From Balanoglossus misakiensis (lineage: Eukaryota > Animalia > Hemichordata), in contig CM082592.2 in NCBI GenBank assembly GCA_040954595.2, forward strand, positions 10,093,677 to 10,157,676: a DNA stretch of 64,000 bases, written 5' to 3'. Below the pieces are notes generated by a model. That model was not told the DNA's origin. It did not search any database and saw only the letters and a list, made by a program, of their open reading frames with translations. The translations under genes and the position numbers were made by a program. Below are positions 1-14,100 of this stretch, in pieces; within the stretch, counting starts at the first letter, position 1, and each line of letters opens with the position of its first letter.

Positions 1-2749
1 CCCTCAGTTTTCTGCTGCGACATGCACTGCAGGTTTGTGAGAGAGTTGGATTTGATGCCACTCACTTCAATTTTATTTGTTGAGGAAAGCCAGATGATGT
101 TTGGATAAGGAAAGAATCTTTACAGACTGAGATTGTGTTCAGGGTCCCTATAAAATGTATGTTTCCTCAAGATGTTGTCTTTGGAAACTCAACAGTTATG
201 TAGAGTATCATCTTTGATCTGAACATTTCTTTTTTTAGAGTATCTCTTGACAAGATTTGGATCGGTTGAAGAGTCACTGAACTCAGTCAGAGCAAGTTAC
301 GATGGCTTTGCTGATGACAATTCAGGTGAGTTGATGGTCAGAGTGATGCTTGAATATGGTGGTCAGGAGTTGAGATGGTGGTTCAAGTATGGAGCAGATG
401 GTCAAGGTCCAAGGGGGTAGGGACTGTAAGTGTCTCTGTATACAAGAGGCAGTTGTCCATGATGATTGCCAAGTTTTGAACAGCTGGTTCGAGTCTGAGC
501 CTGTGGCTAGTAGTGACTGTTTGTATATTTTCTCTGAGTATTTTTTCTCCTTTTTCTGTTACAGTTGTATCTACCCTTGTGAGGAGTGTGGCAGGATTCT
601 CGCATACACTTAGTGACTTCATACTGCATGGCAAAGCCACGTCACATATGGCACCCATAGACCAAGGACAGAGTAAGTGATTGCTGTGAATGTTGCTATG
701 CAAATGTTCCTGTTTATTGTCACAAAGTCACAAATCAACAAGTTTCACTTCACAATCAGTTCTTTACCCAGTTGTTTTGCTTCACACACAGATTTGTCAG
801 ATAACTGTAAGTCTAGTGGTGAGAAGGCATTGGCATTGTTGGCAGAGGTCAAACAGAAAAACAACAAAGACAACGTCTCGGATAGAAAGATGCAAGTACA
901 ACTCATTCTGAAACAGATCCAGTCAATTGCTGAGGTGGGTACGCTAGTCTACATCAACACAGTAATGTTGCATAGTTTGAAATTACGAGTGTTAATTCAG
1001 CATTGCTTGCAATCGTATGCAGAAAGACTGAGTCATGCTACTAAGTTGTGTGTTACATTGAAGTCATTATTTGTCCAATAGGGGTTGATGCTCAAAGAAG
1101 CAGATGTTGGAAAGGAGAAATTGGGTATCACTGTGGAAGACGAGATGCAAACAACAGCCGCTTGCGTGGATGAAGCTGTAACAAGAATAGAGGTGAGTTG
1201 TGTGGCGCCATCTTGAGGCTATCTTTCTCAATACACTTGTTTTACTTCTATGCCTGTAGCGTCTTGTGCATTGCTATTTCATTTCTAGCACATCTGTGTT
1301 AATTGTTTTCTGTTCGTGCCAATAACAGGAAATGCTGAACAAATCCAGGGAGGAAAGTAGCGGCGTACGACTAGAAGTGAACGAGAGAATTCTGGATGCT
1401 TGCACGCAACTGATGAAGGACATTAGAGTGTTGATCAACAGATCCAAAGTGTTGCAGAGTGAAATTGTTGAACATGGCAGGGTGAGTGAAATATATTACA
1501 TTCAGATATTTGTAAAGATCTTTACTGATTTAGTTTAAAAGCTCAACACTGAACACTTGTGAATCTTGAAAGTTGAATCTTGTGGTAAAAATGGGTCGGT
1601 CGGTCTGTCTGTCTGTTTGTCTTTCTTCTCTGACCAGTCCTGTTTTGATTCTCCTCCAGGGAACATTGACATCAAAGGATTTCTACGTCAGGCACAGTCG
1701 ATGGACGGAGGGGCTGATATCTGCATCCAAAGCGGTCGGATGGGGTGCCAGTGTTTTAGTGTAAGCCGCACAGGATAGTCAGCAGTTTCGTGATGAATCT
1801 ACAGATTCTGTCGGTTGCTGAATAAACTGTTGACCACTTTTGACTAACATATTCATGAGACACTATGCTGATAACACTCTGTGTACATTTATGTTCCAGT
1901 GACTCTGCAGACAAATTACTTCAAGGCAACGGTAAATTTGAGGAACTGATCGCGTGTTCACACGAGATTGCGGCTAGTACTGCTCAGTTGGTGGCCGCAA
2001 GTCGCGTCAAGGCCGAGACCGACAGCAAGAGTTTACCCCCTCTGCAGACCGCATCGAGAAAGGTAGCTGAGTCAACAGCCAATGTGGTAGCCACAACAAA
2101 GACTGGCGCTCGCATGATTGAAGAACAAGGTAAGATCATTGATATATCAGAGAGAGAGATAGAGAAAGATTCTCCCATCTCCAATGTACAGAAACAGATA
2201 AATAGACAAATAAATAAAATGATGCATTTCTTCTGCAGATACTATGGATTTCAGCAAAATGTCGCTGATGGAAACCAAGAGATTTGAGATGGAGTCCCAG
2301 GTCAAAGTCTTGGAACTGGAGAGCAAACTGGAGAAAGAGAGGAGACAGCTAGCTAATCTCAGAAAACAGCATTATCAGCTGGCAGGGGAGAGTGAAGGCT
2401 GGGACGAGGAGGTTAGCACTTAGAGACTACCCATCAACTGCATGCTGTTCTCCATGTCACACCATTCACTCTACCCTTCTCACCCCTACTCTCAACATGG
2501 TATCAACCTCATTCTGTGTGATGCTCAGCTGTGGTGTGTTGTGGTCCGTGTATTTGTGACTGCAACAGATACCATCAGCTGAGCAATGTGTTTTCCACTG
2601 TAGTGTACATTTCAGACTGTCGTCTCTTTCTATCAGATGTTCATTTCACATAGAGAGTCACTTTGATACATCACTTAAAACGTTGAATGTTTTTATATTT
2701 GTTCAATTCACAGGACCAAGAAGCGGCGAATATAGCAGCTCAGAACTAA
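1..2749 (+). CDS. HIP1: Huntingtin-interacting protein 1 / HIP1R (Sla2 family), 3' part with the talin-like I/LWEQ (THATCH) domain; 5' end outside the window
   Basis: Spliced exons approx <1-32, 239-325, 565-673, 792-934, 1082-1192, 1330-1481, 1660-1760, 1899-2128, 2239-2411, 2714-2749, all GT-AG. They translate to LEVNERILDACTQLM...FYVRHSRWTEGLISASKAVGWGA...KFEELIACSHEIAASTAQLVAASRVKA...EMESQVKVLELESKLEKERRQLANLRKQHYQLAG. The last exon is the least certain. Confidence 0.93.
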
Positions 2750-5043
2750 CAGATTGCTATGGCAACCGCTTTTTATGCCAAATCTTTAAGTCTGTCAAAT
2801 ATCCGTTGCGGCTTCAACTGCAGTTTTGTGATTGTACGTACAAAGAATGTGACACTGTTCAGATTTGTAGGAGTGCTTTCCGGAGTTGATCCGGAAATCT
2901 ACAGCATCGGACTTCGGAACTCCAGCATTGACAGAACCATGACAGCATATCTTATTTCTTCAGTGATATTTATTCCATAAAAAATACCGGTGTATGTTTT
3001 TTGTTTTTTTTTCCATGTCAACCATACTGCACTTTTTCCATGACACCACCGTTGCAGCCAAGAATAATCCCACAAAAGGCAACAAATGATTTAAAATATG
3101 CCCTAGCATTTCAGTTTTTGTTTGGAAGTATGTAAATAAGTTATGGAAAGCTTGCATTGAATGGGGCAGCTACGTATCACATGACCTTGCTTGTACACAA
3201 AGAATGCTCAGCAAAATAGCTATGATTTTATTCTTTTTACAAACTTTATCTGTTGAAGTATCTAAGAGCAAAATAAAGAGAAATGTATTTTGTACATGAG
3301 TTGACACCTTTGATGCAACGAAATCAGAAAAAAATTGGAGTCGTCAGTATTACACCTAAGATGCAGAAATTTCATAGAAAAACATCTTGTATTTGTTCAT
3401 AGTTTCATTTTGATAAATTGAGTGAAATTATTATGAAGTTTAGATGGAGTTGGTATATAAAAGCAACCTTTCCTACCTGCAAGCCTTCAAATGATGTGGC
3501 AATCCCAGTGACTTTCTATTTTCACTTTGTAGTATTGGACCACTGGGTCAAGTAGGTTTGTCCATAGTTGATACCTTATCCCACCCAGAGTCTCTCAAAC
3601 TTAATGAAAAAGGAGATTTGTTTGAGAAACTCTCATAGGAATTTATCTACTTAAACTTTTCAGAACACAATGGTGTGTTTGAGCAGAGAAGCAGTGAAAA
3701 AATTTTTTTCTCTAGTCCAAATGTCATCTTGAGAGATGATCCTTAATAACCTCAGTCTGTTTTCATGTTTGATGTTTACTGTACATATGTCGTAGATCAA
3801 TTGCATCAGTCACCTTAATATAGACAGTTTAAAACGGGGAAATCTGCACACTTTGCAATCACCAGATTACCTTGCTTACGTCATTTGGTGTCAGATATCC
3901 TTCTGGGACTGTTTTCCTCATTTTGAAGTCGGAACATTTTTCTTTGTCGATTTGGTCCATTACTTGTATCATGTATGAAAGTGCTGTGTACAGTATTATA
4001 ATTTTAGTGTATGGCATATCTTGAGACTTCATTTATGAATCTTGATTGATACATTTAAGATATTTTGCATGTATGATTCTTGTTTTGTTTTGTTTTGTCA
4101 CAGTTGATTTTCACAGGGCCACCCACTTCTGGTTGTGGTATGCCCAGTAGTGGTCTGTAGCGTATTTATACTGAAATTCTGAAGAAAAAAATAATTACTT
4201 CCTTCATTTATTATCTCTGCTGAAATATTTAATTCCCCTTCCTTATTTTTGCATTAACCATTTCAAACGTTATCACACTTTCTGTCTATTCTGATAGCTG
4301 TCTGGAAACACAGCCGACTTTGACTCACCTTGGCACTGTTGGCATTGGACACATCAAGTGTAAATACATACATTTAGTGTCGTGCATGATTTCAATTTCA
4401 GCGACAGATGGCATGGGATATTGTCATACATTATATAGGTTGCATTTTATCTAGTGTATCACCAGTGAAGAGTCCATCCAACCTTCAGTCAGCAGCATTA
4501 CCACCACATAGACTGATGCATCTGATGCATGCAAGTATATTAAGTATTTTTTAAATTTAAGTTCAAGACTATGTAATCATTGGACTTCTACATGGGTAAT
4601 AAGTTAGCGACAGGTTATACAATATATCAACAAACGCATTCTTTTAAAGTTTATTTCACAAAGATATATCTGAAAGGACAGAAGGGGGAGGGGGCAACTT
4701 ATTATTTACTTGTTGTACCTTTGTATCTGTCACCCTTTTCAAGAAACGGGTTTTAGGAGTGTTTTATTAGTTAGTCGAGGTGACCTGTTGAGTTGAATGA
4801 CATGCCATGTTTAATAGAGAGTAAGAACAGCTTAGAACAAATGCGTGAGAATAACGCCTTAATAAACTTAGGATGAGGCCTTGAGCATAATGTGTATAAA
4901 TTGTTTGTTTCCATGGTAATGTCTGTAGCTCATGTATATGTTAATGTCTTAGTGTGATGTGCATTTCAACTTCATGTTCTCTTTTCCTTGATTTTGAGAA
5001 TGCAACTTAGTGCTACAGTTCTTGTGTTGGAGAGAGGTGTTAA

Positions 5044-5200
5044 CTTGATTTTGAATGGAGGGAATCCATTTGACATGTATCCTTGATTTTGATTGGAGGG
5101 AAAACCACCTGACATGTATCCTTGATTTTGATTGGAGGGAAAACCACCTGACATGATTTATATCCTTGGTTTTGATTGGAGGGAAATCCACTTGACATGT
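5044..5200. repeat. 39-bp tandem minisatellite, about 4 copies, between the convergent HIP1 and TMX2 3' ends
   Basis: Unit CCTTGATTTTGATTGGAGGGAAAACCACCTGACATGTAT at 5081-5119, repeated immediately after, with degenerate flanking copies. It produces the 13-aa periodicity in ORFs 4949..5191 and 4972..5154. Confidence 0.9.
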
Positions 5201-5819
5201 AGCTATGGTTTATCAGAGCTGTACACAGTACATTGTGGATTTATTCCAATAAAGCTGCTGAAATGCCAGCAATCTTATCAGAAACCATGTTATGGTTTGT
5301 GTCGTTGCTACCATCAGATGGACAGTGTTATGCAGCTCTGATATGGCAAAGAAACTAAACAGATTCTTAGAAATGATCACTGTTCTTTATTGTCATGGGA
5401 ACTAATTTGTAACACTGATGCCTAAAAATACACTCTTTTACATCCCTGTATCTGAAACACCACAGAAAATGCAAGCTACAATACAGTTTAGTGAATAAAT
5501 GAAGTGGAAAAATGGGACAAAGTTGTAATCTGTCTCTATTCAAACACTTGGAGAGACTAATAGACAAAGATGATCGTGAGAGTGGAAAACATTCTAAATG
5601 ACAAATAATTCGGGAATTAAGTATACGTTGCCTTTGATGATTACTAGTACTTCCGTTCACCAATCGTTTCATTCTATGAAAAAATAAACTTCAAGTTTCT
5701 ACATCTAGAATGTACATAAATAAACTTGTTATCAGCCAGTTTACTTTTATGCCCTTGTTGAGAAGAAATCCGAAACAAAAATTTACTAGAATGGAGATAC
5801 ATTTCTGTGGTGATTGAGT

Positions 5820-7749
5820 TTAGTCATTTTTCTTCTGTTCTTCGTCTTTCACTGGATTTTCTTCCGACTGGTCATCTTCCTTTTTCTTGGATTTCTTAGA
5901 CTTGCACAGTTTCATCGTTTCTTGGTGCAAATTGTTCAGGTCAAAATCATATACAATATTTTTCTGTAAAACAAAATAAAATAAAGGATATTAAATTCTC
6001 ACAGGAGGTACACTGATTTTGAAACGATGTTTATGTAACGTGTTATCAAGCAATCTGACAATATTACGGTAAGACAATCTTCTTGTCATTCAAACACGGT
6101 TAAAATCAAACATCTCACCTCATTAAAACTGTACTTGATGAGTTTTCCCTTATGATCCCAAATCGGTACCCGTGTTTTCTCTTTACCTTGATGGAAAAGA
6201 ATCACAGTCGGTAGCTGTCTGGAAACTGATGATGTGTCAACTCTATACCTGATAACAGGACAAGAAGTAGATTGGTGAATGGCCTATATGACAAGACACA
6301 AGTGATCACAGCCACAGAGCTTTAATGAGATTATTATTCTATGCTTAATTTAGTACTTACTTTTTAGCCATTTCTGCAGCAGTGCCTACATTTAATTTAC
6401 CAAATCGAAGGAAGTCATTTGAGTACCTGCAATTCAGAAAAAAACATAGTTTTAGTCCCAGTCAAAAACCCAGAATTTCACACAAACCATTTGAATGCAC
6501 CATTTGAATGCTATCAGTTGAGTCTGATATTATTGACTTACTTGACAGAAAGCTCGGCAAATGTTGATGCAAACCTAACGCAGGGCGGAGACCAACCAGT
6601 GTAGAACTCAATCAACCAGTAACCCTTCCTGTCTTTGTCAAGTTCCTCCTAAAAAGTTAAAAACATTAAATAAAAAAAAACGTGTAAACAGTGAATTACA
6701 TCTTGATTCTGACTTCCATGGACAAAGAAAGTTCACCAGAGGCTACAATAGGACAGCAGCATTTATATCGTCCATTGTGTCTTGACCTATACAGGGCGTG
6801 GTTGTTAAATGCTGTGCATTGAAGAGAAGGCTAACAATAGGATTGACAACACAGGTTGCAAACAACATGAATATGATCTCACCATACCTGCAGTGTGTCT
6901 TCACTGAAGTATATAATTTTATCAGGACCAGAAAAGGCTGGCTCTGGAAACACCACAAAGGAGACTGCAAGAGACAACGGGAGTTCCATCAGGTTCTCAA
7001 GAATGAGACAATAGGAAGATGAAAATAATGTCAGTTTGTACAAGTACATGTACACAAGGAATGGCAAACTATTAACCTCCACAAAGTAATGATAGATGTT
7101 TCTCAGAAAGAAAACTTCTGTGTTCAGTGTGTATTGTTCACCTGACCCTTTGACTTACTGAGGCAGGCAATGCCATAAATGGCACCCCATCTTGGATCAG
7201 CCCTGGCAAACAGCACATTGTTGGCAACCTTGAAAAACATAAAAGCTGAACTTAAGTATTGGATCCAGTCATCTGACCTCCTGTTCTTGACGAATAAAAC
7301 ACACAGCAGGAAGAGATATATGTTGGAATCATCCTAAAATAAGAAATGGGAAAGGAAAATGCATTGTGTGGTTTTAATTGTAATGGGAGGGTTTAACATG
7401 TTCGAGTGGGAAAATACAAGGGTCTGAAGGCAACTTCTAACTGCGTCTGCAATACATAGATACATAGCTACATGTACATACATACATAGATACATACATG
7501 TACATGTACTTGTACATACACATACATAGACACATGTTATGTACATATCCAAAACTGATCGATCGATAAGGTTTACTTTCACAACGAAATAGAAAGACAT
7601 CTTACCCAATTGAGTTTGCAGTTGTCTTCTGGAAAGGCATGATGACATATCGGTGGCACCAATTTCAGGAAGATATATGAGAAGCAAAGTATTATGTTCG
7701 CAAAATAATGTGGATGTAGCAGACGCTTCAGATCTTTCCTCAGAGCCAT
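5820..7749 (-). CDS. TMX2: Thioredoxin-related transmembrane protein 2 (SxxC motif)
   Basis: Seven minus-strand exons: MALRKDLKRLLHPHYFANIILCFSYIFLKLVPPIC...FLLCVLFVKNRR...WLIEFYTGWSPPCVRFASTFAELSVKYSNDFLRFGKLNVG...SRQLPTVILF...EEQKKND*. Has the SPPC active site and a C-terminal dilysine-like tail. Confidence 0.92.
7455..7548. repeat. Degenerate (TACA)n/(TACATG)n microsatellite in TMX2 intron 1
   Basis: tacatagatacatagctacatgtacatacatacatagatacatacatgtacatgtac... Confidence 0.75.
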
Positions 7750-8147
7750 TTAACAGATTTGCTTATAGATCTGGCACTGGGAAAAAGAGTCACGCGTTGT
7801 TGCAAAGGAAAAAGGTTCTCAGCTCTGTAATGGAAACGTCAAAACATGTGCGACTGAACATCCGAGCGTATAAAACGCGTTTGATTTCGCAGTGAACAGC
7901 AGTGTACGTTTGAAGCAGACTTCTATTTCCGGGTTAAAGGTCACAGCTATGAAAAAAGAAAGGAAGACGAAGATGGTTGTCATGTGGCCACTGAGGGCGT
8001 TATCATGTCAATATCCTAAGCTGCTCAACGTGGGCGGGAGTAAATAGAGAAGTCTCGTTGTGCTGTGAAGCAAATTTCGACTCTGCTCATGATGACCACT
8101 TCGTAATATCGTCTGCTGCACACCACATCTTCAAGGAACATGTCAGA
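7750..8147. promoter_or_regulatory. Putative bidirectional promoter TMX2/RSKR
   Basis: Start codons diverge about 400 bp apart. The interval is locally CpG-richer, with an ETS-like TTCCGG (about 7927) and a GC box GGGCGGG (about 8032). Confidence 0.55.
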
Positions 8148-11100
8148 ATGGGTAATAAGCAAAGTCATCGACGTCTCGGATACCCAGAGCGAAGGAAGGT
8201 GAGTACATCGTCTGCTATAAGTGACGTTTCCTTGTCGCTAACAGAGCGCGGAGAAGGTCGGCCAGCAGCATGCACTGTATAATGCGCGAATCTAGCATGC
8301 CGAACCATATAGTGTAGTACGTATCTAGGTGTACATCCATCCGTATTTATTGGGTTATAATAATTAAATGAAGAGTTATATAAAATAATAATTTTACTAC
8401 TACTAATTATTATAATAATTTTAGTGTATAAGTTGAGTAAGATAGGGTGTCATACAATGTATATTTCAACAGTTTTACTTTTAGAGTCCAGAAAATATAC
8501 ATTGTATGGAAAGAAATACAAAAATAAAATCTCAAATGATACTTGATATAACTCTGTGAAAACAGATACAGGACACGGCATGCCATCCCTGCCAATACGC
8601 AATTCCATGGATGCTGCACTTGCACAGAAAGTTTGATGAAAATATTTTCATCAGATTCATGCCAAACTATATTGAACGAGAAACCGTAGCAACAGAGGCT
8701 TCAGATTTTGCATCATTTCTGATTTGATGCAGTAAAGAGTTCTTCATTTGGATGAGGTGGCGTTGAGAGTTAGAGTCTGGATTGATTAGCCTGATTTAGA
8801 TTTGAAAATCACAGCCTTTCGTATTTCTTTTTTGGTGTCTGGACTATCACGAGGTCATGAAATATCATTTGCAGGAATGCAAAATGGAATTTTTAATTAT
8901 CCTGTGGCTGTTAACTGCACTTTTGAGATTTCATATGATGTGCTTGAAGGCAGACAAGCATATCACTTGCCAAAATATTAATATTTTTTACAATTGTACA
9001 GTGATCACTCAAGCTTGGAAGAAGCTTCCTATACATGTTTTGCAATAAAATCTAAAAATGTTGGTATTTTTTTTCTTTCCAAGATCTTTTACCTCAATCT
9101 GATTTTTCCTGTATTAATTTTTTAATCTCATTTTTCAAGTTAGCGTTATCTCTTGACGTTAAAAAAAAAAAACGGTTTATTTTTGTGAAGTGAAAGAAGA
9201 AAAAATGTATGTAATATCAAGTGTTTTTGTTCCTTTCGGACCGTCATCCTGTAGGACTTGTGTGTCTAGCTTGTGTGTGTTTTCTAACCCTGAGCCCGTT
9301 AATTAAATCATGTAGCCTTCCCCTTTGAGAATTGTACGGCTGGCCGTGATGATAAACTTGATAAGAAAGGTGACGTAGGCACAGGCGCTGCAAAGGAGAC
9401 CGTTGTTATTCAAACAAGTGTGAAAGTGTAAGAAAAACAACACGTCACTGGCGCGTGGAATTGTGTTAATCACCTACGTCACTTGTAATCACAAGAGAGT
9501 GACTTCTGTTTGCAGTGTCTTGGTGTGGTAACCATGGGGTTGTCGTGGTAGAGAATAAATTGTATCAAGAACAAGAGAAGTATGTCCCTGTATGGGGATA
9601 TTATGACCGTTATTACACAATAAAGGTGAAATATATGTCTTGGCTCACTGATATAGGTATTAAGGTATCACCACTCCCTGAAGGACACACAAACGCATCG
9701 GCACTTGCATCAGCAACATCCGTTCAGATGTTAATTTCAGATAAAGTTCTTATCTGGGATGAAGTCTATGCACAATTACAGCTACATGGAAATGATATAT
9801 TTGTGTTCAGATATCGTTGCTTTTATGAATACGTACTTTACTTTGTGGCTACAATATCATCTGTGTAATACATCCTGCATGCACCAATGTTTCAAGTTTC
9901 ATCTGCAATGATTTTATTCATGAGCAAAGTATCTTTGCCAGTAGATAGCAGAACAAGCTTGCATGCCCATCTGAGTCAGAAGGAAGTATATGAGTTGCAA
10001 GCAAGCTAGTTATATCGGGGCTGTAGTTGTAAGAGATCCGAGTCTATCACCATGGAGTCAACTTAGAAATCAGTCTCCATCAGAGTTTGGCTGTAACTTT
10101 ATATACAGCGGTGAGTGTGTTTGTTTTTCTGCATCAAACCGACAGATACCTATCTTGGCAGAAATTAAGGTTTATTTGCGGATACACACAATGAGAGGAT
10201 TAGTTGCACATCACTCAGTGAGATGATGAAGATGGTAGAGTGTTTGTCATGATATCTTCAGGACTGATTTCAAAGGGCAATCAGGCTTTAGTATTTGAAT
10301 TTATGTTTATTTCTATGATTGTAAGGTTTTATCTTTGGTGAGAGACTATCAGTATCATTGAAGAAATATAAAAAAATATTGCACAAAGTTATAGTACATC
10401 GTTCCATGGATTAGATCAGAATTTATGCTGGAATTTAAGTGTTGCATCATGAAATAGGATCTGTACAAAATCGACACCAGTGTGTGGCTAAGGAAAGTGA
10501 TCGCTAGGCAACCGCAGAGAACACCCCAGGGGAGTTCATTGCTCTTTGACCTCTGACCTTGAAATTGAAACTCCTACAGGGTCGGCTTTAATGAATCTGT
10601 TCTGGTTGATATGAATAAATAAGTGAAACCCTACAACTGTTGCATTACGATATGAACATTTTCTTACCCAGCGAGGTGATCCTGTTTTGTTTAAAAAAAT
10701 TTAGAATCTATGCCACCATGCACTGAGCAGGTCAAATGAACACTTAGGCTACGTCAATGAGATGACATGAATCTGCCCATTTGGCAAGAACCGATTGCAA
10801 GGATTCTGCGCTGTGCGTGCAGTTCTGTTGCCATGACAACAGACTCATTTACAGTGGGAACATGCAGCTTGCAATCCTTGTGTGATCACAGTATTATTTT
10901 CTGACTTCCACTCTTTTTATTTCTGTGTGAAAAAAAACAGCAGCAGAGAAAGAACTGGTTGCCCTGTCTCTGTTTAGATAATTGACTGGTTCCAGTCAGA
11001 CTACGCTGTAATACAACAGTGCAGGCAGGATGACAGATAAAGTCTTTAATCTGGCACAGGTTGCTGGTTCATTCAGTTATTGTCCTTGACTGCGTTATCA

Positions 11101-14100
11101 CAACACACCTGTTTGTGATGAAAAGAATCTTCCTTTTTGAAATCGTGTCACAAGTTGATACCAAATGGCAGTGTAATTTGGCTGCTATTAAAACCCAAGT
11201 TTACCTGTCAGGTTTGACATGTTGTCGTTTGCAAATGGTTTGAGTTCCCAATCTCTCCCATCCCATTCACATAGAATGTACTTTTCAGATCAAAATAACA
11301 GAAAAACACATGTTTTAATGTTTATGTTGTATTTCATGGACAGAAATGGGCGTAGGCAAATGAGTGTAAGTTTCCAAGTGCAATGTTTCATGAATTATTG
11401 ATTTTTTTCCCCTTCACATCAGAATGTTTGTACAGGAAATTAATCACTCTGACCTTTTTCCGTCTGTTGGTGTCATTTGTCACCTAAATATCGACATTGA
11501 ATAAATCTCCACATTTTGGTTAATTTCTCAATCGTCTAGGTAATGTGTTGTGAGCCAGATTTGTCCATAGCACAACACAGGCAGAAGAGAGATCTTTTGA
11601 AATTGTCCAATTTTTCCTGAGAAATATATATTATTGTGTACATTTGAAGTCATAACATTTAATGTAAAAATATTGAGTCATTTTAATTTCATGCTCTTGT
11701 TTATGTTATACGTATGTTCAGCCACGGTTGATAACGTTTGAATTGCAGCAAAGTGGTCAGTAACAGTTGATAAGGAGATAAAATTTTACAGTCACCGACA
11801 GAAACCAAATTACTGCCCGAGAAAGTTACTACCCAGTAGATGTAAAAAATAAATCTGACAAAGAGGGATTTATTACGAGACTGTGAGTATGGCTCTTGAA
11901 AGACCACAAGACACAGATGCCTGTGGTGTGTGTTAAGGTTTCGCCGACTTTATTTGTCAATTAGGTTCTCCAGCCTTTTATTATTAGGTTACAGATGCTG
12001 GAATTGGGTCAGCATTATACGACTAGAAGGTGTGGGAAATTGGGTTTTTCTGTGAGTTGTTCATGAAAACCGCACAATTGGTTTGTAACCTTATCCTGTG
12101 TCATTTGCCAGTCAATCATACAAATGATATATATAATTGAAGTCTCAGTTTGAATTTCTATAACTGAGCAAAGAGTGAATGAAAAATTCAACTCGAGTCT
12201 AATTTTTCGAACGTTTTCCTCTTTTCAAGATGCAGTCTATTCAAATTTAATGACTTAAGTCACTAAAATGCCTGTTGCTTTGGAAAATCTACTAATTGGA
12301 TTGGTAACCAGGGAAAAACCTAAGCAGTTCAGAAATAGTCAACTATTAATTCATTCGTAGCCCATCAATAAAAAACTGACATTCTGTGCAATTTCTAAAA
12401 ACTGTCTGCACAACAATCTCAATATGTCACGACTAACGTATTACTATTAACTTATTGATGACCTTTAACCCCATGAGTGATGTTCAGCAAATAATATCGT
12501 CAAACCGACAGCAATCAATCTGGCCAAATGTGATAGATGACAGCTATTTATCAACTTCGCTAAGTTTACCACTGACTTAGAAATAATGGCATTGCAGATA
12601 CTTGGAGATGCCAGGCGAAGTTTGTTTTCCAATGAGAACCTTTAGTCCAGCATCATATCGGTATTGTTCAACTCTGATGCGGAGGATCCGTTGACATTCC
12701 ATGTTATTCATTTTGTAATACAATTTATTATTGATGTTATTTTGAATTAACAATCTTCCAGGATCAGTTCTCACCCTGTGCTTCCAGACATGTCGGATTT
12801 ATAAGTAAATCCATGGATAACTTGATGCACTCCGGCAATATGGCATCTCACACATGTCATGCTCACAGGGCAAGGATTAATTTGAGATCTCTGCTATTGA
12901 TCTGCACTCATTTGATTTCTTAGCTTTTGCCAAGGCTGGTTATAATCTTCCAGCATCACTGGCAATACTGTGCAGTTCCATCACTGCCTTGGCATGAAAA
13001 TAAGAATTTGATATGACGATAATTCAAACATCACAGCCAACACGATATATATTCCACTGCCTTGACATTTAAGGTTCACAGTAATACCTTTCACTCTGTG
13101 GTAAATTAATTGACAATGCAAAAGCTGAATATAATGCGGGCAATACATTCTAATAAACTTTGAAATGAAGAAATTTGCAGCCCCATAAAATGTCTGGGTA
13201 TGTTTCATGGGTTAGGGGGAATGTCTACATGCCTTGTCTAATAATTTTTACAACAGTAACAGATCTGGACAGCTCAATCAGGCTGTTCTAACTCTTCCTT
13301 GGGCTATTGACCCTGTTTCTATGGTTACTTGTCAAGTATTTTCTTTCTAAGCATGAACTCGTGGAGAAAGCGGTATTTTGAAAGTATTTTTCCCCTAGTA
13401 ACTGAGCTTATAACCACATCACTGAAATAATGATTTGATGTTTCATTGTACGTATCTGCAACTATTAATCAGATATGCTGATATTAGCCTTCTGTCAAAT
13501 TTTAATAGAATAAGAACAATGTATTGCATTATGACTTTCTTCTCATTTCATACACATATGTATTTCACAGTATAATTACTTCTGATTACTGCGCACAGAA
13601 AACATAAATCATTTTGAATGATCTGTTTTACAGGAGAGTAGTTTCTGTGTGAGGTCAAATATGCACCTTTTATGAACTTATTGCCATTATTTACATGATG
13701 ACAAACACTGCCTGCAATAAATTAAATGTGTATCATCAACAAACTTCTATTTGATGGATTGGATGACTTTCTGAAAGGTGCATATACAACACCAGTGCTT
13801 AGGTGAATATATGAATGGAAATTTTGCAAAGAGATTTGATTTTTGAAATTTCTTTTGCAAATATTCAGATATATTTGCGCTTGTTGACCTTTCTTGAAGG
13901 TAAAATATTAATGAATCATTTTCTATTAAAAGACATATTCAAATGTAAATAACTCAGTGAAAATAAACAGAGATCAAAGACTTTATTGAAACATAGTTGA
14001 AATATTTTGGAAGGGGAATATTTGTATGACCTTCAAGGCACAAATTTATATGACATCCATTAAGGAAAAAGCACTGTAGTCTGGGCACTTTATATTGCAA

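Noticed and set aside
2569-2666. Alternative HIP1 terminal exons at acceptors near 2569 and 2637
   Set aside because: Possible, but nothing in the sequence favours them over 2714; transcript data are needed.
5044-5200. 39-bp repeats as a CRISPR array or as a coding peptide repeat (MSGGFPSNQNQGY)
   Set aside because: The units are contiguous with no unique spacers, the context is eukaryotic with no cas genes, and the ORFs are a by-product of a unit length divisible by three.
9990-10226. ORF with a strong donor (G|GTGAGT near 10111) as an alternative RSKR first coding exon
   Set aside because: The ATG frame ends in phase 1, but RSKR exon 2 needs phase 0, and the phase-0 frame has no ATG.
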